From positions 310,245 through 374,244 of the forward strand of contig JAHCIT010000001.1 in assembly GCA_026129095.1 (NCBI GenBank): 64,000 nt of DNA, written 5' to 3'. A model generated the notes under the pieces. That model was not told where the DNA came from and ran no database searches. It worked only from the letters and a program-made list of their open reading frames with translations. Below are positions 58,516-64,000 of this stretch, piece by piece (position 1 is the stretch's first letter; each line of letters opens with the position of its first letter). The stretch comes from Deltaproteobacteria bacterium. GTDB lineage: Bacteria > JAGRBM01 > JAHCIT01. The translations under genes and the position numbers were made by a program.

Positions 58516-59016
58516 GTGAACCCCGGCCTGGATCTTTCAAAGCTTACTCCGATAGAGCTGCGCCTTCAGGTCGAAGAGCTGCTTTATGCCTATGCTGACG
58601 TACTCGACAACGGCTTACTGGACGACTGGCCGCCATTCTTCACCTCCGACTGCCTGTACCAGATCATCGCCCGCGAGAATTACGACCGTGGTTTCCCCCT
58701 TGCCACCATGCTCTGCGAAAGCCAGGCGATGCTCCGGGACCGCGTGACGGCATACCGGCAGGCGAACGTCTATTCGCCCCGCTACTTTCGCCATCTCATC
58801 AGCACTGTTCGCATCGTTGGAATCGAAAGCGGTATTGTGTCCGCACGCTCCAATTTTGCCGTGCTCCAGACCCTCGTGGATGACAAAACCCGGGTTTTCC
58901 TTGCTGGCCGCTACGAAGACTGTATCGTCATTGACGAAGGCCGTCTACGTTTCCGGCAGAAGCTGTGCATCTATGACACGCTTCATGTGCCCAATTCGAT
59001 TGTTCATCCGGTTTGA
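58516..59016 (+). CDS. nagH: Ring-hydroxylating oxygenase beta subunit (NagH-like)
   Basis: YA..LD..WP.FFT.DC.Y.I..RENYDRG.PL..CES..MLRDRV and terminal IPN-like VPNSIVHPV. Confidence 0.78.
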   Translation: MNPGLDLSKLTPIELRLQVEELLYAYADVLDNGLLDDWPPFFTSDCLYQIIARENYDRGFPLATMLCESQAMLRDRVTAYRQANVYSPRYFRHLISTVRIVGIESGIVSARSNFAVLQTLVDDKTRVFLAGRYEDCIVIDEGRLRFRQKLCIYDTLHVPNSIVHPV

Positions 59017-59019
59017 CCC

Positions 59020-59721
59020 ATGGCTGGAAAAACGAAGCTCATACTTTGGGATATTGACGGCACGCTGATCCGTTCTGGAGGTGCCGGGGCGCGAGCGCTC
59101 GACCGGGCCTTTGTTGATCTTTACGGTGTCCAGAATGCCTGCGAAACAATCGACTGGGGCGGCATGACTGACCCGCTGATTGTGAACGAACTGATCCGTT
59201 TCCATTTCCGTCGTGAAGCCACTCCCGAGGACCGGGAGCAGACGCTGCAGGGGTACCTGTCCTACCTTCCGGAAGAAATCGAAAGAGCGAGCGAATACCG
59301 GGTAATGCCCGGGGTGCGTGAGGCCGTTGAAGAAATGCACGAGCATCCTGAATATCATCAGGGGCTTGGCACCGGAAACCTGGAGCCGGGCGGCCGGATC
59401 AAGCTGGGCCGGTCAGACCTGGGCCGGTATTTCGAGTGGGGCGGCTTTGCATCCGACTCCGACCGCCGCGCCGAGCTGATCCGCATCGGCATCGAACGCG
59501 GCCGCCGCGCCGCAGGCGAACACGTTCCAGCCGAGCGTGTGGTGATTATCGGCGATACCCTGCGCGATATCGAGGCGGCCAGGGCCTGCGGGGCCCGCGT
59601 CATTGCCGTGGCAACCGGGGCAAAAACACTCGCCGAACTGGAGGCTGGCAAGCCTGATCTGCTTGTCGAAGATATTGCTGCCGGAGAAACGCGGTTCTGG
59701 GACTGGCTGAAGTCGCTTTAG
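59020..59721 (+). CDS. HAD-family hydrolase (phosphoglycolate phosphatase-like)
   Basis: WDIDGTL, GTGN and IIGDTLRDI. Confidence 0.9.
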   Translation: MAGKTKLILWDIDGTLIRSGGAGARALDRAFVDLYGVQNACETIDWGGMTDPLIVNELIRFHFRREATPEDREQTLQGYLSYLPEEIERASEYRVMPGVREAVEEMHEHPEYHQGLGTGNLEPGGRIKLGRSDLGRYFEWGGFASDSDRRAELIRIGIERGRRAAGEHVPAERVVIIGDTLRDIEAARACGARVIAVATGAKTLAELEAGKPDLLVEDIAAGETRFWDWLKSL

Positions 59722-59724
59722 CCC

Positions 59725-60162
59725 CTATTCCACGCTTTTCACCGGTTTTGCTTCGCAGCCCTTGACCCATTCAACCGTGCCATCGGCAAAATACTCTTTC
59801 TTCCATATAGGGACGGTCTGTTTCAGGGTGTCGATAGCCCAGTGACAGGCGCGAATGGCATCAGCGCGGTGCGGCGAACTGACCGCAATGGCTACCGAAG
59901 CCTCGCCGATGGCCAGATCCCCCACGCGGTGCTCAATCCGGCAACGGGTGACAACAAACCTCCTGACGGTTTCCGCTTCGATCTCATCCATCACCTTTTC
60001 GGCCATGCCGGGCATCGATTCGTAGTAAAGCCTGAGAACACCCCGGCCTTCGTGGTGATTACGCACAACGCCCAGAAATGTCGCCACCGCACCGGCTTCC
60101 GGCGTCACAACTTCGGCCGCCAGCCGGTCAACAGATAGCGTATCTTTCAGAAGACGGCTCAC
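59725..60162 (-). CDS. moaE: Molybdopterin synthase catalytic subunit
   Basis: GAVATFLGVVRNH, HRVG.L..GE, SSPHR and LKQTVPIWKKE. GTG 60162 with GGAGG SD; the ORF track starts at 60168. Confidence 0.93.
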   Translation of the reverse strand: MSRLLKDTLSVDRLAAEVVTPEAGAVATFLGVVRNHHEGRGVLRLYYESMPGMAEKVMDEIEAETVRRFVVTRCRIEHRVGDLAIGEASVAIAVSSPHRADAIRACHWAIDTLKQTVPIWKKEYFADGTVEWVKGCEAKPVKSVE

Positions 60163-60410
60163 CGGCACCCTCCACTCACGGGCGGAATCAGAGCTATCTC
60201 CTCCCCCGGTTTCAGCTTATGCCCGGTGTCAATGTAACTTTCGCCGGAAACGACAGCGATGTGCTTGCGGCGGGCGGCAATATCCGGATGCCGCTCCCCC
60301 ACGGCTTCCAGAAGCATTCCTACCGATGAACCATCGGGCAGATCGAACAGTTCGCTGTCGGAACCTGCCAGATCCCTTAGCATGGCGAAATAGGCAACCC
60401 GAACCTGCAT
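60159..60410 (-). CDS. moaD: Molybdopterin synthase sulfur carrier, ending GG-Cys-Arg
   Basis: MQVRVAYFAMLRDLAG...EIALIPPVSGGCR*. Confidence 0.9.
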   Translation of the reverse strand: MQVRVAYFAMLRDLAGSDSELFDLPDGSSVGMLLEAVGERHPDIAARRKHIAVVSGESYIDTGHKLKPGEEIALIPPVSGGCR

Positions 60411-60481
60411 GAATGGCTCCATTCTCCGGTGGAAAATCTACCCGGAGAGTGGAGACCTGTCGAGCCGCTCAGGCCAGCTGG

Positions 60482-61276
60482 CTACATCCGGTCAGGGCCA
60501 AACGGCCGGAACAGCCACTGGCCGCCGTCGGCGACGATGATTGTACCTGTAATGTAGCTTGCGGCATCGGACGCGAGGAATACCGCCGTATTGGCCATCT
60601 CCTTAACGGTACCCATACGGCCGAGCGGAACACCCTTGTTGATAACCGTTTCAGGAACACCCATGCCGAGCCGTTTCATTCCCTCGGTGTCACGAATCGG
60701 CCCCGGAGCAATTCCGTTCACGCGGATGCCAAGAGGCCCCCATTCGACAGCGAGGATACGCGTCTGCGCATCCACCCCCGCCTTGGCGGAAGCGGCATGG
60801 ATCTGGAACGGCGTCCCAACGTACTGGAGTGTCGCCGTAATATTGATAATCGAGGCATTCCGGGTTTTCGCCAGATGCTCATGTGCTGCCTTGCACATGT
60901 TGAAGGTGCCGATCTGGTCGATTTCCACCACCGTCCGGTAGCCGTTATAGGAAAGTTGCGAAGCCGGACAGATGAAATTGCCGGCCGCTCCATTCACCAG
61001 GATATCGAGCTTACCGAACTTGTCTGCGGCTGCCTTGACGGCTGCTTCCACCTGTTCCGTGTTCCGGACATCGGCGGGAGTACACAACACGTCCACGCCG
61101 GTATTTTTCCTGATAGCCGCTGCCGCTTCAGCCAGTTTTTCCGCCTTGCGGCCCAGAATTGCCACTTGCGCGCCATGGGCAGCAAACTCCTCGGCAATGC
61201 CCTGGCAGATACCCGAACCGCCACCGGTCACCAGTGCCACCCGGCCTTTAAGAATGTCCTTTGAAAAAAATCCCAT
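60482..61276 (-). CDS. SDR, 2,4-dienoyl-CoA reductase (peroxisomal DECR2/SPS19-like)
   Basis: VTGGGSGI, VNGAAGNFI, HAASAKAGVD, AVEWGP and APGPI..TEG. Confidence 0.85.
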   Translation of the reverse strand: MGFFSKDILKGRVALVTGGGSGICQGIAEEFAAHGAQVAILGRKAEKLAEAAAAIRKNTGVDVLCTPADVRNTEQVEAAVKAAADKFGKLDILVNGAAGNFICPASQLSYNGYRTVVEIDQIGTFNMCKAAHEHLAKTRNASIINITATLQYVGTPFQIHAASAKAGVDAQTRILAVEWGPLGIRVNGIAPGPIRDTEGMKRLGMGVPETVINKGVPLGRMGTVKEMANTAVFLASDAASYITGTIIVADGGQWLFRPFGPDRM

Positions 61277-61356
61277 CGTCCCCTGCTCCTTCACTGCAAC
61301 TGTCCGGGCCGGAAAAGACCTGTCCCGTCATACGGGCTCAGGCTATCACACCCGGA

Positions 61357-61377
61357 AACTCAATTACTAAATGAGTT
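61357..61377. promoter_or_regulatory. AT-rich palindrome, candidate operator upstream of the dienoyl-CoA reductase
   Basis: AACTCAATTA-C-TAAATGAGTT (9 of 10 positions pair). Confidence 0.5.
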
Positions 61378-61395
61378 AATCAGTTGCAACATTCA

Positions 61396-62943
61396 TCATT
61401 CGGGGTTTTCCAGCCGCGCCCGGACTTCCGGGATTTGCTCCAGATAGTCCGCCAGTCCCAGGCCAATCACCCGGTGTCCCGCAGCATTTGGATGAACCGG
61501 TTCGCTCATCAGATCCCAGTATCCGTAGACATAGACCGGTGACGTGTAGACATCCTCTGGGTCACAAGACCGCCGGTAACGGGACAGGTCTGCCGGAAAA
61601 GTATGGAAAAACCGGGCCGTCCAGTCCTCATGAAGGGTGACCGGCCAGAAACGGGGCACAGCTTCCTCCCTGATAAAAAAGAACCTCAGGGTTTCTCCCA
61701 CCGGAACATCCAGCATCAGCGAAAAAATCCCATCCCCTGCTTGATCGTCGCCCGCCCGTCCATCGTCGCGCATCGAATAAGGGGGAACGAGCCATGGAGC
61801 CTGCTGGACAGACTTGAAGGTATCCATCCCGAGACGCTGTATGGCTAGTCGGAAACCTTTTCCACCTTTCAGGCCCGGTGGAGCCATGACCCGCATCCGC
61901 AGTTTTGCCTGTTCTGACGCCGGAACTGATGGCGCGTACGGACAAACAGACGCCACCGGATCACGCTGCGACGACAGCTCGATCTCTTGATTCACCAAGA
62001 GATCGGCCGCCGGGAAAACCGGAACATCCAGTTCATGCGCCATTCGTTCACGTACCGGCCGGTAGTAACGGCGAGAAAATTCGCCATCGATAAATACCGG
62101 TAGCGCCCCACGCTGGCGCACCAAATCCACAAGCCTGGCCATCAGCTCGGCATACTCGGCACGGCTCGTGAATGGCGCCCACCGCCACGGACCGAACCGG
62201 CGGAAAGTCCCATCAAATACCGAGTCCAGATTGCCGGCAGGCGCCAGTTTCATGTCCGCCGTGGACGCCCCCGGCAGCCTGACTCTCCACAAATGGGCTG
62301 GTGTCACCGACAAATCGGGGAGATGGCTTCTCATCTCCAGGGGTTTTACACCCAAGTCGTTGAACGCCGAGGCAATCATCACAATGTCAGATTCCAAGTC
62401 TGAAAGACCCTGGTACAAATCCTCAATCCGGTTGAGTAAATATCCGGGGATCCCGAGATTGATAACTTCTATCTGCCGGTACGGATGACGCCGCAAGAGC
62501 TCCGCTTCCAGCACGACCGCAAATGTTTCATCAGGTTCAACAGGGATTCCATAGGCCGTTGAGTCGCCCAAAAGCACAACGCGGAACACTTCCAAAGGTT
62601 TTTTCAACCTGAACTCGCGGGTACGAAAACCCTGCGAGTTGGTGAATATCCGGAATGCGCGGCGAGGCCGTCCGGGGATCGTTTCCAGTCTTTCAATGCC
62701 AAACCACTGCGGGTGAAATCTTGCCTCGATATCAGGCTTCATCGGTGAAATGTCCGGAGCAGGGTCCGGCAGAAACATCCCATCGGCACTCATCACCTGG
62801 TTCAGGCTGGACGCATCGATCAGGAGCTTTCCATCCGGATTCCTCGAGACCGCAAGGCCCCGACCGGTAAACCTGTCACATGCTGCCGCTGGCAGCATCA
62901 TAAGAACCGATACTGGTAGTAAAACCAGAAACCTGGGGGTCAT
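61396..62943 (-). CDS. SGNH/GDSL hydrolase family lipoprotein with inserted domain
   Basis: Lipobox AAAC, LGDS, NLGIPG, AFND and EPVHPN, with an insert containing MRDDGRAGDDQAGDGIFS. Confidence 0.75.
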   Translation of the reverse strand: MTPRFLVLLPVSVLMMLPAAACDRFTGRGLAVSRNPDGKLLIDASSLNQVMSADGMFLPDPAPDISPMKPDIEARFHPQWFGIERLETIPGRPRRAFRIFTNSQGFRTREFRLKKPLEVFRVVLLGDSTAYGIPVEPDETFAVVLEAELLRRHPYRQIEVINLGIPGYLLNRIEDLYQGLSDLESDIVMIASAFNDLGVKPLEMRSHLPDLSVTPAHLWRVRLPGASTADMKLAPAGNLDSVFDGTFRRFGPWRWAPFTSRAEYAELMARLVDLVRQRGALPVFIDGEFSRRYYRPVRERMAHELDVPVFPAADLLVNQEIELSSQRDPVASVCPYAPSVPASEQAKLRMRVMAPPGLKGGKGFRLAIQRLGMDTFKSVQQAPWLVPPYSMRDDGRAGDDQAGDGIFSLMLDVPVGETLRFFFIREEAVPRFWPVTLHEDWTARFFHTFPADLSRYRRSCDPEDVYTSPVYVYGYWDLMSEPVHPNAAGHRVIGLGLADYLEQIPEVRARLENPE

Positions 62944-63722
62944 GGATTCAGCCCCGGCGTCCAGTGGACAATATACCGGATCATCCCCGCCTGTGTGGCG
63001 CTACCGTGCGCCTCCATGGCACGAAGCTCGGTAATCAGAGCCGGACGCCGCGGAATAATATCCATTATTGCCCAGGCCGCCCGGTACCGGACCCGTTCAT
63101 CGTCACTGCCTAGTTCCTTCAGAAGCGCACCGAAAATGTCGTCTACCGGTCCCGTATCACCGGTCACTGCCAGTCCTAAAAGCGCCTCCAGCCGATCATC
63201 GCCGTCAGTGGCCCCAAGCCGCTTCAGCCAGTCTGTGGCACCACGGCCGCGATACCAGACCTCCCCATCGGGTGCTATTTTTTTCAATGCGAGATGAGCA
63301 GCTTCACGAACTGACGGCTCGTAGTCATCAAGCAGGCCTGCTATCTCCGCCTGGTATTCGGTCGCAACCGCTCCCAAGTCGGAAATTGCCAATGCGGCTG
63401 TCGCCCTCACGTCTGGATGCCAATGGTTCAGAAGCAGTGAAAGTCCCGGCAAGGCTGATACCGGGGGCATCCCCAGGAGCGGCCTTATCTGGGCAACCTC
63501 AGCCGCCACCTCCCGCGATGGATCGGCCAGTAACTCCACGAAAATCCCGTATGACGATGGCTTTTGCCGAGACAAGCGGACCAATGCCTGTATCGCCGCC
63601 ATCCTGTCGGCAGGATCAGGATCGAAACGGGCGATCAGTTCCAGTCGCGTACTCTTGACATCGCAGGCAGCTAAAACGGCTCCGGATGCCATTATTGCAA
63701 CTATGAATTGAGCAAGTCTCAT
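62940..63722 (-). CDS. HEAT-repeat lipoprotein
   Basis: Lipobox LAAC and repeated L.D.D..VR..AA.AL units. ATGA overlap with the SGNH gene. Confidence 0.72.
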   Translation of the reverse strand: MRLAQFIVAIMASGAVLAACDVKSTRLELIARFDPDPADRMAAIQALVRLSRQKPSSYGIFVELLADPSREVAAEVAQIRPLLGMPPVSALPGLSLLLNHWHPDVRATAALAISDLGAVATEYQAEIAGLLDDYEPSVREAAHLALKKIAPDGEVWYRGRGATDWLKRLGATDGDDRLEALLGLAVTGDTGPVDDIFGALLKELGSDDERVRYRAAWAIMDIIPRRPALITELRAMEAHGSATQAGMIRYIVHWTPGLNP

Positions 63723-63816
63723 TTCTTGTGAAACATTATCCCGCCTGACCGCCTGCGCCAATCCGGCCGTGCCTGCCGCTTTGTGCTAGGCTTCTGTTTC
63801 AAACGGAGATCACCGC

Positions 63817-64000
63817 ATGACCATTCACGCACAGGCTGCACTGAAGGCCAAGGGCCCCCTGGTTTCGTGGAGCTTCGAGGAGGGTCCACTCGGCCCCTTC
63901 GAGCTGGAAATCGACGTCACCCATTGCGGCATCTGCCATAGCGACGTGCATCTGGTGGACAACAACTGGGGTGTCAGCAGCTATCCGCTGGTCCCAGGTC
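63817..64000 (+). CDS. Zn-dependent NAD(P) alcohol dehydrogenase/aldehyde reductase (5' part, truncated by the window end)
   Basis: Manual translation MTIHAQAA..GPL..EIDVTHCGICHSDVHLVDNNWGVSSYPLVPG, with GGAGA RBS. Confidence 0.88.
   Translation, partial: MTIHAQAALKAKGPLVSWSFEEGPLGPFELEIDVTHCGICHSDVHLVDNNWGVSSYPLVPG

Noticed and set aside
1-64000. tRNA, rRNA, CRISPR arrays, IS elements, prophage or integrase
   Set aside because: None seen by eye. Intergenic gaps are short and no regularly spaced repeats or recombinase motifs were found; tRNAscan-SE and Rfam were not run.

Overview
Gene-dense (about 55 CDS), GC-rich bacterial chromosomal segment. It most likely comes from a Myxococcota/deltaproteobacterial-type diderm, an inference from the Dif-like chemosensory cluster, the lysS-lolC-lolD-bamA order and a small protein resembling a myxobacterial hypothetical family. 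Most of the window is housekeeping and metabolism: dtd, purU, murI, pabBC, ahpC, feoAB, a UvrD/Rep helicase, etfBA, mtnA, gatCAB, bamA, lolCD, lysS, speA and moaDE. I saw no rRNA, tRNA, CRISPR array, transposase or integrase. The best candidate for an undescribed system is an ~11 kb signalling island (371-11219). It combines (i) a hybrid kinase and a diguanylate cyclase carrying paralogous PilS-like membrane domains, (ii) a difA-difC-difD-difE-like cluster lacking difG/cheR/cheB, and (iii) a translationally coupled REC-PAS-PAS-HisKA protein with no ATPase domain plus a PAS kinase. Other points of interest are a multi-helix, switch-like leader upstream of etfBA, a MoaD whose GG is capped by Cys-Arg, an orphan salicylate-hydroxylase-type Rieske pair coupled to a HAD hydrolase, a leaderless radical-SAM gene, and a metzincin-like lipoprotein with an internal repeat. 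All family calls come from reading motifs and from memory; no database searches or folding computations were run.
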